From a phage, in the sequence record PZ527900.1: 44,330 nt of DNA; one strand, written 5' to 3'. Under the pieces are notes generated by a model, which saw only the letters and a list, made by a program, of their open reading frames with translations, did no database searches and was not told where the DNA came from. The translations under genes and the position numbers were made by a program. Positions 28,921-38,249 of this stretch are shown here, piece after piece (position 1 is the stretch's first letter; each line of letters begins with the position of its first letter).

Positions 28921-29115
28921 ATGATTAACTCCGAACTGGTAGACAATGGGATGAAGCTGGCGCCACCTGCATTAGTCTCAGGTGGGTACTTCCTCGGTAT
29001 CAGTTGGGATAATTGGGTGTTAATAGCAACATTCATTTATACCGTGTTGCAAATAGGGGACTGGTTTTATAATAAGTTCAAGATTTGGAGGAAGAAGCGT
29101 GAGCGTACACAATAA
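28921..29115 (+). CDS. class II holin (T7 gp17.5-like)
   Basis: ISWDNWVLIATFIYTVLQIG parallels T7 holin LSLNEWFYVAAIAYTVVQIG; one transmembrane segment and a basic C-terminus. Confidence 0.75.
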   Translation: MINSELVDNGMKLAPPALVSGGYFLGISWDNWVLIATFIYTVLQIGDWFYNKFKIWRKKRERTQ

Positions 29116-29401
29116 ACATGCAGCTACAGAAGATGAGGTTGGCATCCTACATGGTGCTATTACCAAGATGTTCAACAAGAAAGCACAGGCAATACTGGAC
29201 ACTATAGAAGGGGACCCAGATGCAGCACTAGCTTTGGTATCCGGTAAGGATATTGGTGCCATGTGTAAGTGGGTTCTTGACAATGGAATTACAGCCACAC
29301 CTGCTGCACAGCAGGAAGAATCCAAGCTGTCTAAGCGCCTCAAGGCTATCCGAGAGGCATCCAGTGGCAAGATTATTCATTTTACAAAAGAGGATAACTA
29401 A
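29099..29401 (+). CDS. terminase small subunit (by position)
   Basis: 100-aa ORF directly upstream of the large terminase; GTG start with GGAGG upstream. Contains promoter P6. Confidence 0.6.
   Translation: MSVHNKHAATEDEVGILHGAITKMFNKKAQAILDTIEGDPDAALALVSGKDIGAMCKWVLDNGITATPAAQQEESKLSKRLKAIREASSGKIIHFTKEDN
29188..29214 (+). promoter_or_regulatory. phage RNAP promoter P6, intragenic
   Basis: AATACTGGACACTATAGAAGGGG inside the small terminase gene; the codons encode ILDTIEGD. Confidence 0.6.
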
Positions 29402-31299
29402 TGGCTAAGGCAAGAGAATCACAAGCGGAGGCTCTTGCCAGATGGGAGATGCTACAGGAATTACAGCAGACCTTTCCTTATACAGCGGAAGGTTTGCTCC
29501 TCTTTGCAGACACAGTTATTCATAACTTGATTGCAGGCAACCCTCATCTGATTCGTATGCAGGCTGATATATTGAAGTTCCTATTCTATGGACACAAGTA
29601 TCGCCTCATCGAAGCGCCCCGTGGTATCGCTAAAACTACATTATCAGCAATCTATACAGTCTTCCGTATCATCCATGAACCACATAAGCGTATCATGGTT
29701 GTATCTCAAAACGCCAAGCGAGCAGAGGAAATCGCTGGCTGGGTGGTGAAAATCTTCCGTGGCCTAGACTTCCTTGAGTTTATGCTACCGGATATCTACG
29801 CAGGGGACCGTGCCTCTGTTAAGGCATTTGAGATTCATTACACCCTACGTGGCAGTGACAAGTCGCCTTCTGTATCTTGTTACTCGATCGAAGCAGGTAT
29901 GCAGGGTGCTCGTGCTGATATTATCTTAGCGGACGATGTTGAGTCGATGCAGAATGCTCGTACCGCCGCAGGCCGTGCATTGCTTGAGGAGTTGACCAAG
30001 GAGTTTGAATCTATCAACCAGTTTGGTGATATTATCTACCTTGGTACCCCTCAGAACGTAAACTCTATCTACAACAACCTGCCTGCTCGTGGCTACTCGG
30101 TTCGCATCTGGACTGCACGTTACCCTTCAGTGGAGCAGGAGCAATGTTATGGTGACTTCCTTGCACCTATGATTGTGCAAGATATGAAGGACAACCCAGC
30201 ACTTCGCTCAGGTTATGGTTTGGACGGTAACAGCGGAGCACCTTGTGCCCCTGAAATGTATGATGATGACGTCCTTATTGAGAAGGAAATCTCGCAGGGT
30301 GCTGCTAAGTTCCAGCTCCAATTCATGCTTAACACTCGCATGATGGATGCTGACCGCTACCCTCTACGGCTGAATAACCTTATCTTTACCTCATTCGGTA
30401 CGGAGGAAGTCCCTGTGATGCCTACATGGAGCAATGACTCTATTAACATCATTGGCGATGCACCTAAGTATGGCAACAAGCCTACAGACTTCATGTATAG
30501 ACCTGTGGCCCGTCCCTATGAATGGGGTGCTGTTACTCGCAAGATCATGTATATTGACCCAGCGGGTGGCGGTAAGAACGGAGATGAAACGGGTGTAGCG
30601 ATTGTCTTCCTGCACGGAACATTCATTTATGTGTATCAGTGCTTCGGTGTACCGGGCGGATACCGAGAATCGTCCCTGAATCGCATTGTGCAGGCCGCAA
30701 AGCAGGCAGGGGTTAAAGAGGTATTCATTGAGAAGAACTTTGGTCATGGCGCGTTTGAGGCCGTAATTAAGCCGTACTTTGAACGGGAGTGGCCTGTCAC
30801 TCTGGAGGAGGATTACGCCACAGGACAGAAGGAATTGCGTATCATTGAGACGCTGGAGCCACTCATGGCGGCGCACAGGCTCATCTTTAATGCCGAGATG
30901 GTCAAGTCTGACCTTGAGTCAGTACAGCACTATCCACTTGAACTACGCATGTCCTACAGCCTTTTCAATCAAATGTCGAACATCACGATTGAGAAGAACA
31001 GCCTCCGGCATGATGACCGCTTAGACGCGCTGTATGGCGCTATACGGCAATTAACTTCTCAGATAGACTATGACGAGGTTACACGGATTAATCGCCTCAG
31101 AGCGCAGGAGATGCGCGATTACATCCAAGCCATGAACACACCTCACCTACGCAGGGCAATGCTCTATGGGGATTATGGAACTGAGCGAAGAGTGACCAAC
31201 ACCTCTGTAGCGATGCAGCAGCGGGTTTACGGTCGGAACTACCGGAATAAGTCCTCCAATAGAAATACAATTTCTGCAAGGATTTCAAGGACTTATTAA
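29401..31299 (+). CDS. terminase large subunit (T7 gp19-like)
   Basis: 632 aa; ATPase P-loop-like PRGIAKTT and Walker B ADIILADDVES; C-terminal nuclease region. Confidence 0.9.
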   Translation: MAKARESQAEALARWEMLQELQQTFPYTAEGLLLFADTVIHNLIAGNPHLIRMQADILKFLFYGHKYRLIEAPRGIAKTTLSAIYTVFRIIHEPHKRIMVVSQNAKRAEEIAGWVVKIFRGLDFLEFMLPDIYAGDRASVKAFEIHYTLRGSDKSPSVSCYSIEAGMQGARADIILADDVESMQNARTAAGRALLEELTKEFESINQFGDIIYLGTPQNVNSIYNNLPARGYSVRIWTARYPSVEQEQCYGDFLAPMIVQDMKDNPALRSGYGLDGNSGAPCAPEMYDDDVLIEKEISQGAAKFQLQFMLNTRMMDADRYPLRLNNLIFTSFGTEEVPVMPTWSNDSINIIGDAPKYGNKPTDFMYRPVARPYEWGAVTRKIMYIDPAGGGKNGDETGVAIVFLHGTFIYVYQCFGVPGGYRESSLNRIVQAAKQAGVKEVFIEKNFGHGAFEAVIKPYFEREWPVTLEEDYATGQKELRIIETLEPLMAAHRLIFNAEMVKSDLESVQHYPLELRMSYSLFNQMSNITIEKNSLRHDDRLDALYGAIRQLTSQIDYDEVTRINRLRAQEMRDYIQAMNTPHLRRAMLYGDYGTERRVTNTSVAMQQRVYGRNYRNKSSNRNTISARISRTY

Positions 31300-31320
31300 T
31301 TACTGGACACTATAGAAGGA
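31296..31320 (+). promoter_or_regulatory. phage RNAP promoter P7
   Basis: TAATTACTGGACACTATAGAAGGA overlapping the terminase stop codon. Confidence 0.75.
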
Positions 31321-31455
31321 AGGCCAAGAGAATAAGAGAATAATAAGGATAATATAGGTTAACCTAGGTTATATAGGTATGCCTTAGTATGGGTGTACTC
31401 CTGTACACCCTATTCCTTACTTCCTTACTATAGTTAACTATGAATAGGAGATATG

Positions 31456-31734
31456 ATGGCTAACGAATATAGTGATCAGCCACTTACAGGCCGATACGAT
31501 AGAAAACAGGTACAACCAGTTAGTGAACACTTAATGGTTCCAAGTGTTAACACTGACATTGAACTATATAATCCAGCAAAACAAGCTAGTGTTATTAATG
31601 ACACAACAAAGTCTGGCAAGCAGCTTGGAGCTATGATTGTAACAGGAATGGGTGTCCTGATGCTAGCTCGTGGAGGTGAACCAACAAGCAAGTGGGACCA
31701 GACAAAGACAGCAGAGATTATTGTTCCAGCCTAA
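31456..31734 (+). CDS. hypothetical protein, paralogue A of a 3-gene family
   Basis: GGAG upstream; shares motif SGKQxGAM(I/V)V...P..(K)WD with the next two genes. Confidence 0.55.
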   Translation: MANEYSDQPLTGRYDRKQVQPVSEHLMVPSVNTDIELYNPAKQASVINDTTKSGKQLGAMIVTGMGVLMLARGGEPTSKWDQTKTAEIIVPA

Positions 31735-31749
31735 CAAGAGGAGAAAGAT

Positions 31750-32037
31750 ATGCCTAAGTATGGAGATGCAAGCACTGTAACAGGACAGTCATTCCGTGTT
31801 AAAGATGTTCAAACGATTGCAACTGCACTGCCACTACCTGTTGTAGCAGAAGCAGACCTTAAATCCAAAGCGCACCCAATTAACATCCACCATCTTTCTG
31901 GTAAACAAAAAGGTGCTATGGTTGCGGTACAGAAGGTGGATGGATCGCTATATATCGCTGTAGCACGAGATGCACTTCCTGAGTCACCTTGGGATGCCAC
32001 GACCATGAATGTTGATGCTGTTACCCCAGCGGAGTGA
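31750..32037 (+). CDS. hypothetical protein, paralogue B
   Basis: AGAGGAGA RBS; LSGKQKGAMVAV...PESPWDAT. Confidence 0.55.
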   Translation: MPKYGDASTVTGQSFRVKDVQTIATALPLPVVAEADLKSKAHPINIHHLSGKQKGAMVAVQKVDGSLYIAVARDALPESPWDATTMNVDAVTPAE

Positions 32038-32722
32038 TACTATCGTGTTAGGTATTACAGGACAACGAGGCGTAAGCCACAGAGCTAAGGTTGCCACGGA
32101 AGTGGCTCCTATTGTTGATATCTCAGAAGTATCTGACGTTAACTCTTATCTAAACCAAAAGTACCTATCAGGTAAACAGGAAGGATATATTGTTCTAACT
32201 AAGAAAGGCTCACGTCACTCATTGTATGCTGCAACAGGCCCTAAGCCAGAAGACAAGTGGTTGCCTTTAGAGCAAGCAATTCTACCGGATTCAAGTGCGT
32301 TAGAGTTAATTGACACCATCAATACTGAAGTTGCAAGTGCAAGCGATACGGTAGAAGTTAATGTAACAAAAGAAAGAACTGTGTGTATCCAGACACCTAT
32401 GAAAGATCTGGCAGGTACTACAGTTTACAGGCAAGAATTGACTGCTAACATTAACCTAACCATTAATGAAAACGGAAGCCCAAGCGATACAGTTAAATTA
32501 AACATATCCATTCCTAATTTGCCAGGAACATCTAGTGGGTCTTACTATACAGTGGATAATGTGCTGTGTACCTCTTTTGGTGGTGACAGTCCCGTTGTTG
32601 CTAATATAGATGTTGATAAGGCTAACACTAACTTGATTGCTGTTACACTCCGTAAAGAGACGGCAACAGATATCAAGCTGTCTCTGGTGATTAGGTGGTC
32701 AATGCCCGTGGAGGTAGTATAG
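32009..32722 (+). CDS. hypothetical protein, paralogue C with beta-rich C-terminal extension
   Basis: LSGKQEGYIVL...PEDKWLPL; C-terminal half has the internal repeat SASDTVEVNVT / SPSDTVKLNISI. Start uncertain (ATG 32009 or 32015, or GTG 32045). Confidence 0.5.
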   Translation: MLMLLPQRSDTIVLGITGQRGVSHRAKVATEVAPIVDISEVSDVNSYLNQKYLSGKQEGYIVLTKKGSRHSLYAATGPKPEDKWLPLEQAILPDSSALELIDTINTEVASASDTVEVNVTKERTVCIQTPMKDLAGTTVYRQELTANINLTINENGSPSDTVKLNISIPNLPGTSSGSYYTVDNVLCTSFGGDSPVVANIDVDKANTNLIAVTLRKETATDIKLSLVIRWSMPVEVV

Positions 32723-33066
32723 TGCTTAACAAATACTTCAAGCGTAAAGAATTTTCTTGCCGTTGTGGATGCGGTACATCTACTGTTGATGCTGAGTTAC
32801 TACAGGTAATCACAGATGTGCGTGAGCACTTTGGTGCTCCTGTAGTTATCACCTCTGGTCATCGCTGTGCCAAGCACAATGCCAACGTGGGCGGAGCTAA
32901 GAACTCCATGCATCTTACTGGTAAGGCTGCTGACATTAAGGTGTCTGGCATCTTACCCTCTGAAGTGCATAAGTATCTTACTGATAAGTATCAAGGCAAG
33001 TATGGTATTGGTAAGTATAATTCCTTCACACATATTGATGTACGAGATGGGTATGCACGATGGTAA
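32719..33066 (+). CDS. endolysin, peptidase M15 family (zinc D-Ala-D-Ala carboxypeptidase-like)
   Basis: SGHRCAKHN...MHLTGKAADI...FTHIDVRD is the M15 zinc-binding signature; GTG start with GGAGG 5 nt upstream. Confidence 0.65.
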   Translation: MVLNKYFKRKEFSCRCGCGTSTVDAELLQVITDVREHFGAPVVITSGHRCAKHNANVGGAKNSMHLTGKAADIKVSGILPSEVHKYLTDKYQGKYGIGKYNSFTHIDVRDGYARW

Positions 33067-33173
33067 GATGTGTTGAGTGGTGTGAACGCATGGTTGCTAA
33101 GGCTTCAGAGGAGGCAACTATGAGGATTGGCAGAACTACTCTGATTTGTTAGCTCAATGGAAGGGGAGATGCA

Positions 33174-33323
33174 ATGAAAAAGCTGTTTAAGTCTAAGAAA
33201 GTGGTAGGTGCAATGATTGCACTAGTGATTGCCCTTGTTTCTGTAGGTCTTGGCGTAGACCTTGGTGAAGGTACGGAAGGTTCCGTCACTGACGTGGTAT
33301 GCCAAGTAATTACCTGTGAATAA
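33174..33323 (+). CDS. small membrane protein (49 aa), lysis-associated by position
   Basis: AAGGGGAG RBS; basic N-terminus, one transmembrane segment (VVGAMIALVIALVSVGLGV), acidic C-terminus. Confidence 0.4.
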   Translation: MKKLFKSKKVVGAMIALVIALVSVGLGVDLGEGTEGSVTDVVCQVITCE

Positions 33324-33537
33324 GGTGCTTGAGGTGGTGGCAGGCCTTATTGGCCTGCTGCTTGCCGCTAAGAAGAAGAAGGAAGAGAAGGAGGCACAAA
33401 GTGAGGCGAATCATGCTAGCGACAATCCTGCTGATTGGTTCGCTGACCACTTCAGGGTGTCAGACGGCGTTACCAGAAAGTCCAAAGGTGAAGCCTCTGA
33501 AGCCGACGCTGACGGCAGTTTACGAGGTGGACGATAA
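33316..33537 (+). CDS. putative i-spanin-like protein (short)
   Basis: Hydrophobic N-terminus VLEVVAGLIGLLLAA followed by charged region; contains an embedded lipoprotein ORF in the +1 frame. Start uncertain. Confidence 0.3.
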   Translation: MNKVLEVVAGLIGLLLAAKKKKEEKEAQSEANHASDNPADWFADHFRVSDGVTRKSKGEASEADADGSLRGGR

Positions 33538-33610
33538 GGTTTGCTTCAGTAAGCCTGACGCTACAAAATTAGGTTTGTATATTCTTTCGCTAGAACGCGG
33601 ATATAATTAA
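33401..33610 (+). CDS. putative o-spanin (outer-membrane lipoprotein, Rz1-like), embedded or overlapping
   Basis: GTG start with AAGGAGG 7 nt upstream gives MRRIMLATILLIGSLTTSGCQ, a signal peptide with a lipobox-like Cys. Confidence 0.45.
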   Translation: MRRIMLATILLIGSLTTSGCQTALPESPKVKPLKPTLTAVYEVDDKVCFSKPDATKLGLYILSLERGYN

Positions 33611-33639
33611 TACATAGCTTTATGTATCAAGGTCTTACG

Positions 33640-33662
33640 ATTTACTGGACACTATAGAAGAG
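33640..33662 (+). promoter_or_regulatory. phage RNAP promoter P8 (tailspike cassette)
   Basis: GATTTACTGGACACTATAGAAGAG. Confidence 0.8.
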
Positions 33663-33742
33663 ATAAAGATAGTGCCGTTCTTTTGAGCGGCCTATTACTA
33701 GCCAATCTTCATAGGGAGGGTTGGGAAGTAATAGGAGATAAC

Positions 33743-35665
33743 ATGGCTAGTATCACTAAACCCAGGACAACAGGTATTATTCATAAAGACACATCTTTAT
33801 ACGAATACCTAGAATCCTACTCTACAAAAGGTGCAGTACAACCAGAGCAGTTTGGTGCAGACAACAAGGGTATTACATATTCTACAGAAGCACTGCGTTC
33901 TACATTCGTATTTGCTAAAGAGCATGGTATGAGGGTAGTAGGTTCCGGTGTCTATCTTGTAGATGGCTCAATAGAGACACATGGTGTACCTTTTGACCTC
34001 TCTGCTGCAACATTAAAACTTGATGGTGCTAAGATGGGAGGTGGCGTGAAGACGCTACTCATTACAGACGAAGAAACACAAGTTATACCTAATTTTGACT
34101 TAGGTGGGATGGTGAAAGGTCAGTCTGGTACTTTGACGCTTGCAACTTATGATGAGTGCTCTGTAGGTATCGACTCAACTGAACCGGCTTATCTTCGTGC
34201 AATTACACCTTCATATACTTTGTATAAGAAGGATATACTTGTTATCAATAAGAATGTACATCGTCTTACTCCTGCATTCTATGATATTACTTCTCCTGTA
34301 ACATTGACAGTTAGACCACTACGTCAAGAGATACATTGTAAGCTGCCTAAGTTCGTATTACATACAACTCCATCGGGTAGGTTTGGTTCTCTAGTGTATG
34401 TTGCTCGAAACAATGTAAAATTATCTGGTGGTTACGTGGATTCTGACACGATGAGTGTTGCTCTTTCCAGAAATATTCTTGAATCATTCATTCGTGCAGA
34501 GAAGTGTGCATTTTTGACTGTACTAGATGTACACTCAAAGATGAGCCCACTAGACAGCGGATACCAGGTTGTAGTAGACCAAGTACACGGTCTTACTATG
34601 GAACGATGCACGGACCAAACAGGGTGGAGGTTACAGGATGGTAACTACTTCCGCAATACGATGATTCGTGATTGCCAAGGAAGGGGTATAGGTGGTCATG
34701 CTATGACTTACAACTATTCTGTTGAGAACTTCACTAATTGCTATAATGGTATTCATCTTACTGGTGAGGGTTACTTGAGTGTCAAGAACATCCGCAATGT
34801 AGACTATGGTGGTAACTTGAAAGATGGTGGTATAGTTAAGATTCGTGAAGACTATGGTACAAGCTGGGATGGTGATATTTATATTGATGGCGTAGATATT
34901 CTGGTACAACCTGTGACTGGTTCACCTGATGCACTTTCTGTGCTTCTTATGTGGGCATCCTACACTGGGACACAGGACTATACGCAGGAAAGCGTACAAT
35001 GGGGTAAGTCTGTTACTGTCAAGAATGTACACATAACCAACCGTACATCAAATCGTATCAACTTGACACCTGTGGAATGGAAAACATCTCTTGCTCAGAA
35101 CGTTACACCTCCCTCTCAGATCAACGTAGATACAGTAACTATGTCTGGTGTCGGTGATGTGCGAGTATTACCTCTTGGGTTTGATTTATATTCAGATGCT
35201 AAAGTGGCACAAGTCACTACCATCATGAATGTATCCAATATCGATAACAAGTTAGGTACGGTGGATATAGCTCAATCTATTGCAGATGGCACTAAACCTA
35301 ATATCCGTAATGCTATTGTGCGTAACATTAGCAATTACCGTGGACTCGGTTTAACCCTAAGTGTTCCCGATAAATGCTACACTTATGTTAAGGACAGTGT
35401 TGTAAACTTTATAAATGGTGCAGCTAAGGATGAAGGTAAGCACTACTTTTATAATTGTCGAATGACAGGCACTGAGTTTAGCACTAACCAAGGTTTTAAC
35501 CACTTTTACAATTGCCATTTTGATACCGCTAAAGCGGACTTCAAGGTAGGTACAAGGGTTACTGTAGGTTGTCATATTAATAATGGTGCGGCTATTACAG
35601 GCGGTGGCGGTGGGGTTACTTCTGCTGCTGCATTATGGTCCTATAAGGACTCCACTTATGCTTAA
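33743..35665 (+). CDS. tailspike protein 1, pectate-lyase-like beta-helix (probable polysaccharide depolymerase)
   Basis: N-terminal VQPEQFGADNKGITYSTEALRS is typical of pectate-lyase-type tailspikes; Gly/Asn/Val/Thr-rich repetitive composition; no T7 gp17-like N-terminal anchor. Confidence 0.75.
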   Translation: MASITKPRTTGIIHKDTSLYEYLESYSTKGAVQPEQFGADNKGITYSTEALRSTFVFAKEHGMRVVGSGVYLVDGSIETHGVPFDLSAATLKLDGAKMGGGVKTLLITDEETQVIPNFDLGGMVKGQSGTLTLATYDECSVGIDSTEPAYLRAITPSYTLYKKDILVINKNVHRLTPAFYDITSPVTLTVRPLRQEIHCKLPKFVLHTTPSGRFGSLVYVARNNVKLSGGYVDSDTMSVALSRNILESFIRAEKCAFLTVLDVHSKMSPLDSGYQVVVDQVHGLTMERCTDQTGWRLQDGNYFRNTMIRDCQGRGIGGHAMTYNYSVENFTNCYNGIHLTGEGYLSVKNIRNVDYGGNLKDGGIVKIREDYGTSWDGDIYIDGVDILVQPVTGSPDALSVLLMWASYTGTQDYTQESVQWGKSVTVKNVHITNRTSNRINLTPVEWKTSLAQNVTPPSQINVDTVTMSGVGDVRVLPLGFDLYSDAKVAQVTTIMNVSNIDNKLGTVDIAQSIADGTKPNIRNAIVRNISNYRGLGLTLSVPDKCYTYVKDSVVNFINGAAKDEGKHYFYNCRMTGTEFSTNQGFNHFYNCHFDTAKADFKVGTRVTVGCHINNGAAITGGGGGVTSAAALWSYKDSTYA

Positions 35666-35747
35666 GGATGTCGCGGCGTAAGCCGCGCTTCTACGCAACT
35701 TTTCTTAAAGGTTATCATGGTGGTAGCCTTTCAGAAAAGGAGATTAC

Positions 35748-37340
35748 ATGTTACAGCGTTTAACCTCTAAGTTAGTAAAATATAATGACGGGAATCTTAA
35801 AGACTACCTAGACCTACAACGTAATGGGTTATCAGAAGGTAATGTAGATACTATTGGTTTCTACTTGAACTTTGGTTCATTCAAGGTAAATAAAGATGCC
35901 ACATTCATTGCATCTGGTGGTCTGATTCCTGGAGGCTATGACAGGGTGGATAGAAGTTTCTCTGAGGGATATAGGTATGAATATGGTGCCCTTAAGATGC
36001 AAAAGTATTGCTTTGGTATATTTGAGGATGCTTGTGTGCTTGCTGCCATAGCAGGTAGTAGGTCAAAGGAAAATGCGACACAAATACTTGGGGCGGGTAC
36101 TGGTGCAGATGTTGCTAAATACAACAATATAGACACAGCAGCCACATTCTTTGAAAACGTAGCTCAACCTGCATATCTTCGTTCTGACACTGCCATCTTC
36201 ACACAAACTACTGCATCTGGTATTTCTGTTCCAGAAAAGATGAGATACAACATGGTAGCTATGGTTGTTAACGGTGAGAAGCGCTGGTATGGTCTTATTA
36301 AATCATGGACTCAAGACAGCATCACAGTAGACGGGTGGTATGAAGCTAAGACAGCTAAAGCGTCATTACCTTCAGGTACACTACTGATTCAACCTCAGTT
36401 GCGAGTGTGGGCGTCTAATATGCTTGTTGATATACCAGCTAATTCTGATGCGGAGTCTGCTGTTGGTCTTGAGACTATGGTTACATTGCAAAAAAGAGGT
36501 GTTGGTGCAAACACCCAAATCTACAAGGCTATCAATAACAATGTCATAGGCGAAAGGGCAGATTCAGCATATGAAAGTGTTGGCTTATTTGCTACCGGAT
36601 ATAGAGCAACACAAGGTTGTGTAGAAGGTTTTAAGTCTGAAGCTTCTAGCAATTCAGGCTTTATCTCGGTGCAAGACCAGATTGGATTACGTGTACTAAA
36701 CCCAGTAGTTAATGCCTTTCAAATTGATAACGCAGACCATACTAACCTCTTTATCGATGCAGGTGGTTCTATCATGCAGCAGTCTAAGAAGGCCGCCGGG
36801 TCTGTCGTGGCATCTTTTGGTCCAAACCCAGCGGCAGGTCTTACTGTCTATGCAAGAGGTGGTGGTGGTGCAAATGGTGCAGCTACTGTCGTTACAGTAG
36901 GTAAGGATGTAGACACTGGTCGCTCTATTAATGCTGGCGGTACTATAAACGCATCAGGTGCAGACTACGCTGAATATATGGTTAAGTCCGAAGGTTGTCC
37001 GGTGATTAATAAAGGGGATGTGTGTGGTGTAAATAGTGATGGAGAGCTAACAATGGTCTTTGATGATGCAATCTCCTTTGTTGTTAAATCAACAGACCCT
37101 GGGTTAGTAGGGGGTGACATCCATGAAGACTTAACTAAAGTGGACCGTATCGCATTCTGTGGAAGGGTTCCTGTAAATGTTGCTGGCAAAGCAGGTGACT
37201 ATATTATTCCTATCAGAAAGGATGATGGCTCTATTGGTGCTGTTTCTGTGCACGAACCAACCTTCGCGCAATACAAACTTGCTGTAGGTAGGGTATGGTC
37301 TTCTGGAGAAGAAACTATTATTGCAGTTAAAGTGTGCTGA
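35748..37340 (+). CDS. tailspike or tail fibre protein 2 with C-terminal autochaperone-like domain
   Basis: AAGGAG RBS; C-terminal GADYAEYMVKSEG...GDVCGVNSDGEL resembles the ADYAEY signature of autoproteolytic intramolecular chaperone domains. Confidence 0.7.
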   Translation: MLQRLTSKLVKYNDGNLKDYLDLQRNGLSEGNVDTIGFYLNFGSFKVNKDATFIASGGLIPGGYDRVDRSFSEGYRYEYGALKMQKYCFGIFEDACVLAAIAGSRSKENATQILGAGTGADVAKYNNIDTAATFFENVAQPAYLRSDTAIFTQTTASGISVPEKMRYNMVAMVVNGEKRWYGLIKSWTQDSITVDGWYEAKTAKASLPSGTLLIQPQLRVWASNMLVDIPANSDAESAVGLETMVTLQKRGVGANTQIYKAINNNVIGERADSAYESVGLFATGYRATQGCVEGFKSEASSNSGFISVQDQIGLRVLNPVVNAFQIDNADHTNLFIDAGGSIMQQSKKAAGSVVASFGPNPAAGLTVYARGGGGANGAATVVTVGKDVDTGRSINAGGTINASGADYAEYMVKSEGCPVINKGDVCGVNSDGELTMVFDDAISFVVKSTDPGLVGGDIHEDLTKVDRIAFCGRVPVNVAGKAGDYIIPIRKDDGSIGAVSVHEPTFAQYKLAVGRVWSSGEETIIAVKVC

Positions 37341-37341
37341 T

Positions 37342-37485
37342 ATGCCATTAGTGAGGTCAGTAAAGCAAAGTGCTGTACGCCAGAATACAGAAGAACTCAT
37401 CAAGTCAGGACGTGACCCTAAGCAGGCTTATGCTATTGCTAAGGACGTACAACGTCGTGCCTTGAAGAGGCCTTCTGCATCTTAA
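37342..37485 (+). CDS. possible small basic protein (47 aa), weak
   Basis: ORF without a convincing RBS. Confidence 0.2.
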   Translation: MPLVRSVKQSAVRQNTEELIKSGRDPKQAYAIAKDVQRRALKRPSAS

Positions 37486-37496
37486 AGGAGATTGAT

Positions 37497-37872
37497 ATGG
37501 AAACGTGGGTAACTATTCCTGGCTACCCACGGTATCAAGTGCCTACTCATGGACGTGTCAAATCGCTCATTGGTAATCACAAGATACTGAAGCCGGGCAA
37601 GTCAAAGAGTGGGTATTTAAATGTAGTTCTTAGTAACGAGGGAGGCAAGAGGACATTCCGTGTGCATCGCTTGGTTGCACTATGTCACTTGCCTAACCCT
37701 CATAACCTTCCCCTTAGTGAACCACAAGGATGAAGACAAGGCACATAATCATGTAGACAACTTAGAGTGGTGTACTGAAGAGTACAATCTAAAGTATTCA
37801 CGTGACTATGACAGGTCTTCTCTTAGTGTAACCCAAGGGAAGAAGAAGGTATGGCTTCCAGTTGACCTGTAA
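37497..37872 (+). CDS. second HNH homing endonuclease; frame broken by +1 C in a C4 run near 37710 (ORF pieces 37497-37733 and 37660-37872)
   Basis: AAGGAG RBS; N-part WVTIPGYPRYQV...HRLVALCHLPNP, C-part VNHKDEDKAHNHVDNLEWCTEEYN in the +1 frame. Confidence 0.6.
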
Positions 37873-38249
37873 CATTTAGGTAACAAAGTCAAAATTTTGA
37901 TATAGGCGTGTGTGGGGTGTCTCGGCCTCGGCCTCGCCGGGTTGTCCCCGTATGGGGTCGCTCGGCGGTTGGCTTGGGAATTGGTCTAGGCTGGTCCGTC
38001 TTCGACGGGTAGGCCGAGGCTTGCCTTGTACTCGCTTAGTGGTACACAAGGAGGGTGCCTAGGAAGCGCTAGGGCACGCCTTAGTATTGGACAAGGTGAT
38101 TGCCTTAGTGCAACCGCTTAGGGCTTACACAGGGCCATTCTGGGCCTTTATGGGCTATTGACAGGGTGGGCGGGTGTGGGCTATCTGTTCGTTTCGCCTA
38201 GCGGCTCAACTCAGCTCACTCCGCTTGCGCTACGTTCACTCGCTCACGT

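Noticed and set aside
37874-37890. Degenerate promoter-like ATTTAGGTAACAAAGTC just after the last gene
   Set aside because: The essential CACTATAG core is absent (ACAAAGTC); probably a promoter relic or chance match.
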